Counted from the stretch's first letter, positions 28,848 to 38,766 are shown. The stretch: 64,000 bases of DNA from Spirochaetia bacterium (GCA_963677595.1 OY782041.1:2976001-3040000), one strand, 5' to 3'. Notes: generated by a model not told the origin, from the sequence alone. Numbers and translations are program-made.

Positions 28848-29651
28848 ATGTTCAGATTACATGGGGAAGTCGCCCTCGTTGTGGGTGCCGGTTCTGGGAT
28901 AGGCCGTACCTGCGCCGTAAGGCTCGCAGCCGAAGGCGCGAAGGTCGCTGTGGCCGATATCCAGGCAGAAGGCGCCGACGAGACGGTACGGCAGATCAGG
29001 GAGGATGGAGGGACGGCCCAGGCTGTCCTGGTCAACCTCTCACAGTTGGAGAGCATCGAGAAGATGGTCGCCGGGGTAGTGAGCCTCTACGGGCGTATAG
29101 ACATGCTCGTAAACGTGGCGGGTATCTGCCAGAGCAAGCCCTTCCTTGAGGTGACCGAAGGAGAATGGGACCGCATCATCGACATCAACGAGAAGGGTAC
29201 GGCATTCTGCATGCAGTCCGTCGCGAAGCAGATGGTCAGCCAGATTGGGGAGGATGCTGCTCCAGGTTGTCACGGGAAGATCGTCAACTTCTCGTCGATC
29301 TCGGGACGCAGGGGCAGGGCGCTGCAGATCCACTACGCTGCATCCAAGGCAGCGGTGATCAGCCTCACCCAGTCGGGAGCGCTTGCGCTCTCCCCCTACG
29401 GGATCACCGTCAATGCGGTCTCCCCGAGCGTGGTGAAGACCCCGATGTGGGAGAAGAACGTGGCGGAGAAGAGTAAGGCCTTCGGCAACGACGTCGAGGA
29501 GGAGACGAGGGAGTTCCTCTCAAGGATCCCGCTCCAGCGGGCAGGGACCGCTGACGAGATGGCGGACGCCGTGCTCTTCCTCTGCTCGGAGGGATCGAAC
29601 TATATCACCGGCCAGACACTCAACGTGGACGGCGGATTCGAGATGGACTAG
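28848..29651 (+). CDS. Short-chain dehydrogenase/reductase (sugar/polyol type)
   Basis: GAGSGIG, NVAG, YAASK, YITGQTLNVDGG. Confidence 0.93.
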   Translation: MFRLHGEVALVVGAGSGIGRTCAVRLAAEGAKVAVADIQAEGADETVRQIREDGGTAQAVLVNLSQLESIEKMVAGVVSLYGRIDMLVNVAGICQSKPFLEVTEGEWDRIIDINEKGTAFCMQSVAKQMVSQIGEDAAPGCHGKIVNFSSISGRRGRALQIHYAASKAAVISLTQSGALALSPYGITVNAVSPSVVKTPMWEKNVAEKSKAFGNDVEEETREFLSRIPLQRAGTADEMADAVLFLCSEGSNYITGQTLNVDGGFEMD

Positions 29652-29669
29652 AGAGGGGAGAAACGATAT

Positions 29670-30758
29670 ATGAATGCAAAGGAACGTATACAGGCGGTGC
29701 TGCATCACCGGATGCCGGACAGGGTGCCCATCAACGAGTTTCTCTACAGCAAGGAGCTCTACCAGCATGTCCTTGGCCATAAGCCGGAGTTCTACAATGG
29801 CGAGGATGTCATGAACTGCGCACGGAAGCTCGGGATCGACATGGGGGTCCTGCCTATCGGGGGATTCTCCGGAATCGGGAATACCGCAGAGGATTCTGAT
29901 GTCTACATCGACGAGTGGGGGATCACCTACCACAAGCCGGAGGAGCACTCCTGGCCGTCGGGGGTCCCGATCGGGTTCCCCCTCACCGGCGCGGCGGACT
30001 GGAAGGGCTACTCGATTCCCGATATTCGGACCCCGGGCAGGCTCAAGGAGATCGACATCGCGGTGAGGCTGGGGAACGAGTACGGGATGGGCGTCTTCGG
30101 GAGCATCAGGGGGCCGTTCACGGCATCCTGGCTGCTCTTCGGCTTCGACCACTTCTCCATGCTCCTCTATGATGACCCCGAGTTCCTCAAGGTGGTCATC
30201 CACCAGGTGACTGACTTCTTCATCGAGGCAGGGCGCATGCTGGCGAACGCCGGGGTGGATGCCGTCCTCTTTGCTGACGACTACGGCAGCTCCACAGGAC
30301 CGTTGATCTCCCCTGCGCATTACCGGGAGTATATATGGCCGGAGGTGAATCGTCTGGTCTCGGGTATCAAGGAGGCCGGGGTGCCGGTGATCATGCACAG
30401 TGACGGCAACCTCAATGCCTTCCTCGATGACATCATGCAGAGCACCCCGATCGACGGATACCATCCTATCGAGCGGAATGCCGGGATGGATATCGCGGAG
30501 GTGAAGCGGAAGTACGGCCATGACCATGTGCTCATGGGTAACGTCAACAACCAGGGAGTCCTGGTGGACGGGTCGGTCGACGATGTGGTGGAGGCGACGA
30601 AGGAGTGCCTCAGGTCGGCAGCGCCGGGCGGGGGCTACATCCTCGGTTCAGACCACAGCATCCATGACGACATGCCCATTGAGAACATCCTGGCCATGAT
30701 CGATACCGGTCTCACCTATGGGACCTATCCCCTTGATATGGAAGCATTGAGCAGGTAG
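29670..30758 (+). CDS. Uroporphyrinogen decarboxylase/MtaA-CmuA family protein
   Basis: ERI.A......PDRVP, DEWG, ADDYG, HSDG, GGYILGSDHS. Confidence 0.85.
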   Translation: MNAKERIQAVLHHRMPDRVPINEFLYSKELYQHVLGHKPEFYNGEDVMNCARKLGIDMGVLPIGGFSGIGNTAEDSDVYIDEWGITYHKPEEHSWPSGVPIGFPLTGAADWKGYSIPDIRTPGRLKEIDIAVRLGNEYGMGVFGSIRGPFTASWLLFGFDHFSMLLYDDPEFLKVVIHQVTDFFIEAGRMLANAGVDAVLFADDYGSSTGPLISPAHYREYIWPEVNRLVSGIKEAGVPVIMHSDGNLNAFLDDIMQSTPIDGYHPIERNAGMDIAEVKRKYGHDHVLMGNVNNQGVLVDGSVDDVVEATKECLRSAAPGGGYILGSDHSIHDDMPIENILAMIDTGLTYGTYPLDMEALSR

Positions 30759-30789
30759 TCTTCCTACCATAAGCAGTCTACTAGCTCCC

Positions 30790-30822
30790 GAGGGCACCTG
30801 TACCATCAGCGCAGGTGCCCTC
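30790..30822. terminator. Hairpin terminator between convergent units
   Basis: GAGGGCACCTG-N11-CAGGTGCCCTC followed by ATCTTT. Confidence 0.65.
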
Positions 30823-30834
30823 ATCTTTGTCCGA

Positions 30835-30859
30835 CTACCAACCGCCTGCATCATCCCCA
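30835..30859. repeat. Direct repeat copy 1 (24/25 identical to 38378-38402)
   Basis: CTACCAACCGCCTGCATCATCCCCA; minus strand reads GDDAGGW-stop. Confidence 0.85.
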
Positions 30860-30924
30860 ATAACCGGTTGCTACCGGACTTTCGTCATGACAGAGGAATA
30901 TCACATGAAAAAGGTAATGGCTGT

Positions 30925-31893
30925 TCAGGGACAGAGCTCCGGTGCGTGGACCAGTCGGATGGTATCGGTTGAGCCATCGATAAGCTGCAGCAGTGCTTCT
31001 GCTGCTTCCCGGTATATATAGCTGATCCCGATCTCGATTGATGCTGGTTTCTTTTCCAGGACCAGGAGTTCCGTACTGTTGTCGTATCCGATCACTGGGC
31101 AGTGATCCTGAAGATTGATCTGTCTCTTGAACAGGGAAGTCAGCGTCCGTACCAGATGCATGTCATTGACTGAGGCGAGTCCGTCGATGCTCTTTTTCTG
31201 GATGTCCATAAACAGCTGATCGAACCAGTCAGACTGTTCATCCCGGTTGTAGATCCTGCATTCGGGGTATATCGACCTGAAGCCCTGTTCCCTGAGTTTG
31301 TGGGAGAACGGGTCCTCGCTGTAGGTGATGTACACCGGGTTCGCGCAGTCCCTGGACTTCAGGTACTCCGCCTGAATGACCCCTCCCCTGAAGTTGTCAG
31401 TTGCCGAGAAGTTCACATCCTTTAGATGTGCAGCCCTGTGGCAGATCACGTAGGGTATTTCCCAGGAATCTATATAGCGCGACTCCTCAGCCGTGACGAA
31501 GTCAAAGATCATGATACCGTCACAGTGGGCTTTGACATCCTTGGCACTGATGGAGTAGATGGAGGAGACCTGCTTGATCTCGAAGAAGTAGGGCTGCTCC
31601 TCGAAGTAATTGGTGAGTGTCAGCAATGCCTCCGAGAAGATCCAGTAATTTCTCTTTATATTGGTCCAGTAGTGTCCGTCTTCCCGTTTCACGTAGAGGA
31701 GCATGATCGTATTGGTCCCTTTCCTTCTGAGGGCGCTGGCATTCTTGTCGAGCTTGTATCCCATGGATTCTGCTGCTTCCATGATCTTCTGGCGGGTCGC
31801 CGGAGAAACCTTGTCCGGCCTGCTGAATGCCCTGGATACGGTTGCCTGGGATACTCCCACGACTTTTGCTATCATATAACTGTCAACTTTCAT
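30925..31893 (-). CDS. LacI family transcriptional regulator
   Basis: IAKVVGVSQATVSRAF; IGYDNS. Confidence 0.92.
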   Translation of the reverse strand: MKVDSYMIAKVVGVSQATVSRAFSRPDKVSPATRQKIMEAAESMGYKLDKNASALRRKGTNTIMLLYVKREDGHYWTNIKRNYWIFSEALLTLTNYFEEQPYFFEIKQVSSIYSISAKDVKAHCDGIMIFDFVTAEESRYIDSWEIPYVICHRAAHLKDVNFSATDNFRGGVIQAEYLKSRDCANPVYITYSEDPFSHKLREQGFRSIYPECRIYNRDEQSDWFDQLFMDIQKKSIDGLASVNDMHLVRTLTSLFKRQINLQDHCPVIGYDNSTELLVLEKKPASIEIGISYIYREAAEALLQLIDGSTDTIRLVHAPELCP

Positions 31894-31988
31894 ATTCCAC
31901 TACCTGATGCATACGAATGTATTAATTTGTTTGTATTAGGTATATAATATCATATCTTTATAAAATAAACAAATAATAAATATTTTTC

Positions 31989-32033
31989 TTGACATATCCT
32001 TTGTGCTGGACTTAGAATGTATTCGAATACATT
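31989..32033 (+). promoter_or_regulatory. Promoter with perfect 18-bp LacI-type operator
   Basis: TTGACA-18-TAGAAT; AATGTATTCGAATACATT at 32016-32033; weaker copy near 31907-31922. Confidence 0.7.
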
Positions 32034-32047
32034 TAAAGGAGAATCTC

Positions 32048-33319
32048 ATGAAGAAACTTATCGCAATCATCTGTCTTTCTCTTCTGGTCCTGCCACTGTT
32101 CGCCGGCGGACAGAAGGAAGCTGAACCTGAGGGGCCAGTCACATTGAAGTTCGCAAGCTGGAGTGTACAGGAGAAGTCATTCCAGGACTACTTCCAGGAA
32201 CTGAAAGAGGATTTTGAAGCAGAAAACCCGGATATCACCGTAGAGTTCGTCGGGTATCCCTATGGGGAACTGAAGAAGCAGGTCCTGATCATGGCGAATG
32301 CAGGTGAGTCACCAGATGTCATCCAGTGTGCACGATCCTGGTACCCGAGCTTCGTGAGCGGCGGGTATGTGGCAGAACTCGACGATGTCCTGGGTGCTGA
32401 CTATCTGAATGATATCTATCCCCAGATCCTTGAGGACATGAAAGTGGATGGGAAGACCTATGGTGTGCCCTGGATCGTAAGCCCCTTCGTCATGTTCTAT
32501 AATAAGTCACTCTTCGCCCAGGCAGGTCTTGATCCCAATACACCGCCGACCAGTTATGAAGAGGCTCTGGAATATGCTGCTAAGCTCTCAACACTGACCG
32601 ACCAGGACGGCAACGCCGTGTACGGTCTCGGCCAGACCACAGGAGCCGTGCCGGTAAGCGGCGGGGCTGTACTGAGTATGTTCTTCAGCTACGGCGGCGG
32701 GATCATGGATGCCGCAGGGAATGTCGATGTGATCAATGCCGGGAACAAGGCTGCACTGGAGACTCTTGCAGCTATGCATGAAGCCGGCTACAATCCTGAG
32801 GGAGCAAAGCTCAAGGATCTGAGGAACCTGATGGCGATCGGCCGACTGGGTATGTACTTCGATCAGCTCTGGGGTATCGGCGGGTCATATGCGATCAATC
32901 CTGAGCTGAAAGGGCAGGTCGGGGTATCAAATCCCCTGAGCGGTGCTGGTTCACCCGGTGGATCGACTCTTGAAGCACACCTCCTTCTCGTAAGTGAAGA
33001 CAGCGAACATAAGGACGCTGCAGCACGTTTTATCGAGTATGCGACCAGCAGCGAGCAGATGGGCAAGTACTCGGAGATCGCATCATTCCTGTTCCCGATG
33101 GCCAGCCAGGTAGCACAGACTCCGGGATATGCTGATAGAGAGGATATCAAACCGGTATTGAGCTATGCTGATACCATCCATGCGGTAGAGAAGCATCCGG
33201 AGATGGAGAACGTGTTCCTCGCACTGACGACAGCTGCACAGGCAGTGACGGTCGGTGGCATGAGCGTAGATGAAGCCTTGTCTGATCTCGACAGGGAACT
33301 GGGGACTCTCCTGAAATAG
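32048..33319 (+). CDS. Sugar ABC transporter substrate-binding protein (CUT1)
   Basis: Signal peptide LFAGGQKE; PDV, YGVPW, FYNKSLF. Confidence 0.92.
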   Translation: MKKLIAIICLSLLVLPLFAGGQKEAEPEGPVTLKFASWSVQEKSFQDYFQELKEDFEAENPDITVEFVGYPYGELKKQVLIMANAGESPDVIQCARSWYPSFVSGGYVAELDDVLGADYLNDIYPQILEDMKVDGKTYGVPWIVSPFVMFYNKSLFAQAGLDPNTPPTSYEEALEYAAKLSTLTDQDGNAVYGLGQTTGAVPVSGGAVLSMFFSYGGGIMDAAGNVDVINAGNKAALETLAAMHEAGYNPEGAKLKDLRNLMAIGRLGMYFDQLWGIGGSYAINPELKGQVGVSNPLSGAGSPGGSTLEAHLLLVSEDSEHKDAAARFIEYATSSEQMGKYSEIASFLFPMASQVAQTPGYADREDIKPVLSYADTIHAVEKHPEMENVFLALTTAAQAVTVGGMSVDEALSDLDRELGTLLK

Positions 33320-33396
33320 CTGTTGCTGCAGCCGTTCCCCGGATTGGATGGGACGGCTGCATCCTGAAAAAAAAGAATGTGAGAGTTGTGAAAATT

Positions 33397-34281
33397 ATGA
33401 AAACAAAGACCGGAGACAGCCTGTTCGGCACGATCCTCCTGCTCCCATCCATCCTCATCGTAGGTGGGTTCATCTTTCTCCCCCTGGTACAGTCTGTGTT
33501 CTACAGTTTCTTCAACTACAAGCTGACACGGAAGAAGATGCCCCTCGATTGGAACAGCTTCGAGAACTATACAGGGCTTTGGGAGAGCGGTAAACTGCAG
33601 AATGCGTTCTCGGTTACCTTTACCTTCATGTTCCTGGTTGTGATCGCAGTACTGGTCCTTGGGATGATCATGGCCCTGCTCATGAGCAGGGGGAGTAAGG
33701 GGATGCGGCTGAAACGGAGCCTGTCCCTGCTCCCATGGGGAACCCCGACGGTCATCGTCGCTCTCCTCTGGTCATGGATGTTCCAAGGGGAATACGGGGT
33801 CGTGAACTTCCTGCTCATGAGACTCCATATCATCGCGGAACCCATCTCTTATTTGGCAAATCCTGATACCGCACTGGGTTCAGTCGCTGTTGCGGCAATC
33901 TGGAGGCAGCTGCCTTTCATGTTCATCATGCTGCTGGCAGGTCTGCAGGGTATACCAAAGGAGATGTATGAGGCCGCCTATATAGACGGGGCGACTTCGA
34001 TCCAGTCATTCACTCATGTGACCCTGCCGTTTCTCCGGAATGTCATCCGCTCGAGTATCCTGGTCACCATCATCACCAACTTCAAGCAGTTCCCGCTTTT
34101 CTGGACGATGACCGGTGGTGGGCCGATGGATACGACCGAGACGCTGGCGATCCTGACGTACAAGAATGCGTTCGTGAATCTCAACTTCGGGGTGGGGGCG
34201 GCAGTTGCAGCCTCCTGGATGGCTGTGCTGGTCATCTTCTCCCTCCTGTACAACGTGATCTTCAAGGAGGCTGAGTACTAA
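33397..34281 (+). CDS. Sugar ABC transporter permease
   Basis: EAA loop YEAAYIDGA; TGGGP. Confidence 0.93.
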   Translation: MKTKTGDSLFGTILLLPSILIVGGFIFLPLVQSVFYSFFNYKLTRKKMPLDWNSFENYTGLWESGKLQNAFSVTFTFMFLVVIAVLVLGMIMALLMSRGSKGMRLKRSLSLLPWGTPTVIVALLWSWMFQGEYGVVNFLLMRLHIIAEPISYLANPDTALGSVAVAAIWRQLPFMFIMLLAGLQGIPKEMYEAAYIDGATSIQSFTHVTLPFLRNVIRSSILVTIITNFKQFPLFWTMTGGGPMDTTETLAILTYKNAFVNLNFGVGAAVAASWMAVLVIFSLLYNVIFKEAEY

Positions 34282-34282
34282 G

Positions 34283-35119
34283 ATGAAACCCAGAATACGA
34301 CCAAAGACCATACTGACCACAGCGATCATCATCCTGCTTGGGATCTTCCTGCTCTTCCCGATCTACTGGATCCTTGTCACCTCCTTCAAGGACAATATGG
34401 ATATCTACCGGTTCCCGCCGCAGTTCATCCCGGTGAACTTCACCCTGGAGAACTATAGGGGGATCTTCGAAGATAACTCAGTGCTCAGGTACCTGATGAA
34501 CAACATGCTCGTCTCTGCCGGCACGACTGGCCTGACGCTCATCGTCGCATCCCTTGCCGGGTATTCGCTTTCACGGTATTCGACACCCTTCGGTAATTTC
34601 GTGAAGACATCGCTGCTCTCAACACAGATGTTCCCCATTGTGGGGCTCCTGCTGGCGCTCTATCTGATCTTCAGGAATATGAATCTGATCAATACCCGGT
34701 TTTCCCTGATACTCTCCCTCTCGGCGGTGACTATTCCCTTCTCGACGATCCTCATCAAGGGGTTCTTCGATGATATCTCCAGGTCCCTTGATGAGGCGGC
34801 ACGTATAGACGGCTGTTCGAGGCTCAGGACGCTCGTTTCCATCATCCTCCCGCTCGCAAAGCCGGGGATGCTGGCAATCGGACTCTATACGTTCATGCAG
34901 GCATGGGATGATTTCCTCTTCGCCATCACCTTCATTCTCGGCGATGAGAAACGGACCCTCTCCGCAGGTATAGCGATGAGGTTCCTCGGTGAAGTCTCCT
35001 ATGACTGGGGGATGGTCACCACGGTATCAGTAGCCGGTGTGCTGCCGATGTTCATCCTCATCTTTCTGTTCCAGCGATATATGGTTGCCGGTCTCACAGC
35101 CGGTGCAGTAAAAGGATAG
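34283..35119 (+). CDS. Sugar ABC transporter permease
   Basis: LDEAARIDGC; GLTAGAVKG. Confidence 0.93.
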   Translation: MKPRIRPKTILTTAIIILLGIFLLFPIYWILVTSFKDNMDIYRFPPQFIPVNFTLENYRGIFEDNSVLRYLMNNMLVSAGTTGLTLIVASLAGYSLSRYSTPFGNFVKTSLLSTQMFPIVGLLLALYLIFRNMNLINTRFSLILSLSAVTIPFSTILIKGFFDDISRSLDEAARIDGCSRLRTLVSIILPLAKPGMLAIGLYTFMQAWDDFLFAITFILGDEKRTLSAGIAMRFLGEVSYDWGMVTTVSVAGVLPMFILIFLFQRYMVAGLTAGAVKG

Positions 35120-35124
35120 GTGCC

Positions 35125-36702
35125 ATGAAGACTAGTTATGTGAACCAGATGACAGGGAAGGGGCCGTTCTCCTATGATCCAGGGATGTCCCGCCCGAATA
35201 TCCTGTTCGTTACCATGGATATGGTCCCCCAGGAGTTCTACAACGGGACTCGTTCGATGGAGACCCCGAACCAGATGAGCCTTGGCGAGGACGGCATCTA
35301 CTTTAGGCATGCCTTCGCGACCTCTCCCCTGTGCGGACCGTCCCGGGCCTCGACTTTGACCGGACGCTTCACCTACATCACGGGGAATTCCGAGCGGGCC
35401 CATGACGGTCACCAGACCCATCTGCGGTCTGATGACCTCATCTGGCCGGAGTACCTGAAGGCTGTCGGGTACCATACCCGGCATATCGGGAAGTCCCATG
35501 TGGGTACTGAACACTTCATGCGGGCTTTCGGGGAGAACGCATCCCCGTGGGACCGCTGGTCTCCTCCCTGGTACAATGAGGATGCCTACATCGATTTCCT
35601 CAACTCCAGGGGTCTGAAACGGTTCACCTTCGAGAAGGAGATCGTCGGGCAGAGCTGGAACGGTGATCGTAACGGGAACTCCTACGGAGGATGGCTTGCT
35701 GGACAGAATGGGGAACCGTTCCCTGAAGATGCACTTTATCCGGCATTCCTCACGGATCGTGCGATAGGGGTATTGGAGACAAGAGAGGATACATCCAAGC
35801 CCTTCTACCTGCAGCTTGATTATTTCGGGCCTCATCAGCCGTTCGCGATCCCAGGGAATCTCGAGGAGCGTGAAGCGGAGATACGAGAATCCATCCAGCT
35901 TCCGGAGAGCTGGCTTGAATGGGAGGCTGCCGGTTTCCCGGAAAAGAGTGATGACCCGAGAGTCTACGATCTCTACCGCAGGAACTGGGGGATGAGAGAC
36001 CGCGATGATATGATCGATTACCTCGTTGCCAACCAGCTTCAGTATGAGATCCTTGACAGGCAGTTCGGAAGGCTCCTTTCCTACCTGAAGGAACATGATC
36101 TCTATGATTCCACCATGATCATCTTCACGGCTGACCATGGCGAGATGAACGGGCGTAAGGGGTGCATCGATAAGGGGGCATACCTGAATCCCCAGACCCT
36201 GCATGTCCCGCTCTACCTCAAACCTGCAGAGGGCCAGCCGGTCGAGAAGGGCAGTGTGGTCGAGTCTCCCTGCTCCCTCCTTGATGTCGGACCGACGGTC
36301 TGTGCGACTGCAGGGTTCTCGATCCCTGACCGGCTCGACGGCGTGAGTCTCTTTGACACCGCAGCAGGGAAGCTAAGAGGGGAGGCCAAACCGATCATGG
36401 CGGATGTCTGGAACCATGTGGTACCCAATCCCTGTGTCAGCAAAGTGTTCGAGTATGAGGGACAGCTCTACATCTACAGTTTCAATACCACCTCGGATAC
36501 AGACGAACTCTATTGGGTCGAGGAGCATGGGAAGCTGCATAACCTCATAGAGACAGAACCGCAACTGCGCGAAGCTGCCATCAAGAGTATGTACCGTTCG
36601 CTCTCGACAGATCCCAGATGGGAAGTATATAACTGCTATCTCAAGCTGGAATACAGCAGGGACCTGCAGTTGCTGCCTACTGACAACCAGAAGTTCATGT
36701 AA
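35125..36702 (+). CDS. Sulfatase (S1 family, Cys-type)
   Basis: RPNIL, CGPSRASTLTG (CxPxR), GKSH, PHQP, ADHG. Confidence 0.92.
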   Translation: MKTSYVNQMTGKGPFSYDPGMSRPNILFVTMDMVPQEFYNGTRSMETPNQMSLGEDGIYFRHAFATSPLCGPSRASTLTGRFTYITGNSERAHDGHQTHLRSDDLIWPEYLKAVGYHTRHIGKSHVGTEHFMRAFGENASPWDRWSPPWYNEDAYIDFLNSRGLKRFTFEKEIVGQSWNGDRNGNSYGGWLAGQNGEPFPEDALYPAFLTDRAIGVLETREDTSKPFYLQLDYFGPHQPFAIPGNLEEREAEIRESIQLPESWLEWEAAGFPEKSDDPRVYDLYRRNWGMRDRDDMIDYLVANQLQYEILDRQFGRLLSYLKEHDLYDSTMIIFTADHGEMNGRKGCIDKGAYLNPQTLHVPLYLKPAEGQPVEKGSVVESPCSLLDVGPTVCATAGFSIPDRLDGVSLFDTAAGKLRGEAKPIMADVWNHVVPNPCVSKVFEYEGQLYIYSFNTTSDTDELYWVEEHGKLHNLIETEPQLREAAIKSMYRSLSTDPRWEVYNCYLKLEYSRDLQLLPTDNQKFM

Positions 36703-36733
36703 GGGCAGTGACAGCTGCATCAAGGAGGGCACA

Positions 36734-38284
36734 TTGCGTCCGAATATCCTGCATATATGTACAGACATGCAGCGGTTCGATACGATCCATGCACTGGGGA
36801 ATCCGGTGATACGGACACCGAATCTTGACAGGCTGTGTGAAGAGGGAGTTGCCTTCACCCAGGCGTTCTCCCCATCACCGGTCTGTATATCAGCCCGCTG
36901 TTCCATGATCACGGGGCAGTATCCGATGCACACCGGGTGCTATGAGAATACCGTCATGCCTACAGACGGCAGGTCTACCTTCATGAGTGAGCTTAAGGCA
37001 TATGGATACCATACCTACGGTATCGGTAAATGCCATTTCACTCCTGACAGGTATGAGCTCAAGGGATTCGAGGGTCGTGAGGTGCAGGAAGAGGGCATAG
37101 AGACTGCCGTGAACCTGCACCGGAACCACTATCTTACCTATCTGCATGACAGGGGCTATGACCATATCTGCGAACCCCATGGGATCCGGGGGGAGATGTA
37201 CTATATACCGCAGCCGAGCCAGCTGCCTCAGAAGGATCACCCGACTACATGGGTGGGTGACCGTTCGATCGATTTCATCAGGCGTGAGCATGACAGGCCG
37301 TGGTACCTCTTCTCAAGCTTCATACACCCCCATCCGCCTTTCACGCCCCCGAACCCCTGGCATAAACTCTACCGACCGACCGATATGCCCCTGCCCGAAC
37401 CGGGAGAGGAGCTCCTTACCTTCGTCAACAGGGTCCAGAATCGGTACAAATATAGGGATCAGGGATATGATCGGCATATAGTCAGGGCAATCAAAGCCTA
37501 CTATTATGGCTGTATATCCTATGTTGACTTCCAGATCGGAAGGATCCTTGAAGCCCTCGAAGAGAGCGGGCAGCTTGATTCCACGCTCATTGTCTTCAAC
37601 TCCGATCATGGGGAACTCCTCGGGGACCGGAACTCATATGGGAAACGGAGCATGCATGATGCCAGCGTGCGGGTTCCCATGCTCCTGCGTTATCCCGGAC
37701 GATTCGACGGAGGGAGAAGATGTGACAGGCCAGTATCTCTTGTCGATATCGCACCAACACTCCTTGAAGCAGCCGGCTGTGACAGCAGGAGCATGACAAC
37801 TCACCGGCTTGATGGTGTGGATCTCCATCGTATCCTCACAGGTGAGTCGGAGCGTGAAGCTGTCTTTGCACAGCTGTCCTACCGTGATCCCATAGTGAGA
37901 AAGGCGATCGATCCTGAGCAGCTTCACGTGCTCGACAGCAGGGATGCCCATGCCCATCTCTCGAGCTATATGGCTGTGACAAGAGACTGGAAATACTGCT
38001 ACAGCGCCCCGGATGACAGGGAGTTCCTGTTCTGTCGGAATGATGATCCCGGTGAGCATAGGAACCGAATAGATGATACGCAGGTTGTGGGTGCTAAGGC
38101 TCATACCAAGCAGCTGCTGATTGACCATCTTGTTGAGGGCGGGGAGACCAGCGGGTTGGAGGATCATGATTGGAGACACTTCTCAACCCTCAGGATCAAT
38201 CCTGACCCCGATGCAGGGCTTCTGATCCAGGATTTCTATACCCCCTGGGCACAGATGGAACTCCCTGAGGGGTACCGTAGATAG
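36734..38284 (+). CDS. Sulfatase (S1 family, CxSxR variant)
   Basis: RPNIL, RTPNLDRL, CISARCSMITG, GKCH, PHPP, SDHG. Confidence 0.9.
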   Translation: MRPNILHICTDMQRFDTIHALGNPVIRTPNLDRLCEEGVAFTQAFSPSPVCISARCSMITGQYPMHTGCYENTVMPTDGRSTFMSELKAYGYHTYGIGKCHFTPDRYELKGFEGREVQEEGIETAVNLHRNHYLTYLHDRGYDHICEPHGIRGEMYYIPQPSQLPQKDHPTTWVGDRSIDFIRREHDRPWYLFSSFIHPHPPFTPPNPWHKLYRPTDMPLPEPGEELLTFVNRVQNRYKYRDQGYDRHIVRAIKAYYYGCISYVDFQIGRILEALEESGQLDSTLIVFNSDHGELLGDRNSYGKRSMHDASVRVPMLLRYPGRFDGGRRCDRPVSLVDIAPTLLEAAGCDSRSMTTHRLDGVDLHRILTGESEREAVFAQLSYRDPIVRKAIDPEQLHVLDSRDAHAHLSSYMAVTRDWKYCYSAPDDREFLFCRNDDPGEHRNRIDDTQVVGAKAHTKQLLIDHLVEGGETSGLEDHDWRHFSTLRINPDPDAGLLIQDFYTPWAQMELPEGYRR

Positions 38285-38324
38285 CATATAGGAGTAGGTT
38301 AGACCTGTATGTACAGGTGTGTGA

Positions 38325-38363
38325 TAAGGATAGCAGCGTGACGCTTGTCGCGCTGCTGCCTTA
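38325..38363. terminator. Hairpin terminator between convergent genes
   Basis: TAAGGATAGCAGCGTGAC-GCTT-GTCGCGCTGCTGCCTTA. Confidence 0.6.
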
Positions 38364-38377
38364 CGCGATTTCTGGGT

Positions 38378-38402
38378 CTACCAACCGCCGGCATCATCCC
38401 CA
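38378..38402. repeat. Direct repeat copy 2 (3' end of the small secreted-protein gene)
   Basis: CTACCAACCGCCGGCATCATCCCCA. Confidence 0.85.
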
Positions 38403-38599
38403 TCACCAGGACATGCGATTGCCGTGAGGAAGTCCGGCAGGGGGACTCCCCGGTCGACGAGTCGGCCCAGGTTGTTCTGCAGGATATCTGCGAGTCTCGG
38501 GTTCTTATCTATATCGGGACCCTTTGCCCAGGCAGCGGCAGAGAAACACAGCAGGATCACCAGAAGAAGAACAACAACTTTCTTAGGTTTTTTCATCAT
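38378..38599 (-). CDS. Small secreted protein (73 aa), unknown function
   Basis: GGGAGGAG RBS; basic n-region, hydrophobic h-region and AWA cleavage site; ends CPGDGDDAGGW. Confidence 0.7.
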   Translation of the reverse strand: MMKKPKKVVVLLLVILLCFSAAAWAKGPDIDKNPRLADILQNNLGRLVDRGVPLPDFLTAIACPGDGDDAGGW

Positions 38600-38766
38600 A
38601 CTCCTCCCTGTGCTGTTGGACAGCACCCATACAGTATAGATCCACAGTCCTGAGGTTTAAAGAGTACGTGCTTGATAATAGAGATGCATGTACTGGCGGT
38701 ACGGACGGGGCTATAAGGAGAAACATCCACGTATCAGAAGGAGGTGTTCCGCATAGCAGTATCTAA

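Noticed and set aside
29670-30758. Calling the URO-D-family gene hemE
   Set aside because: Lacks the RQAGR motif and has no tetrapyrrole gene context
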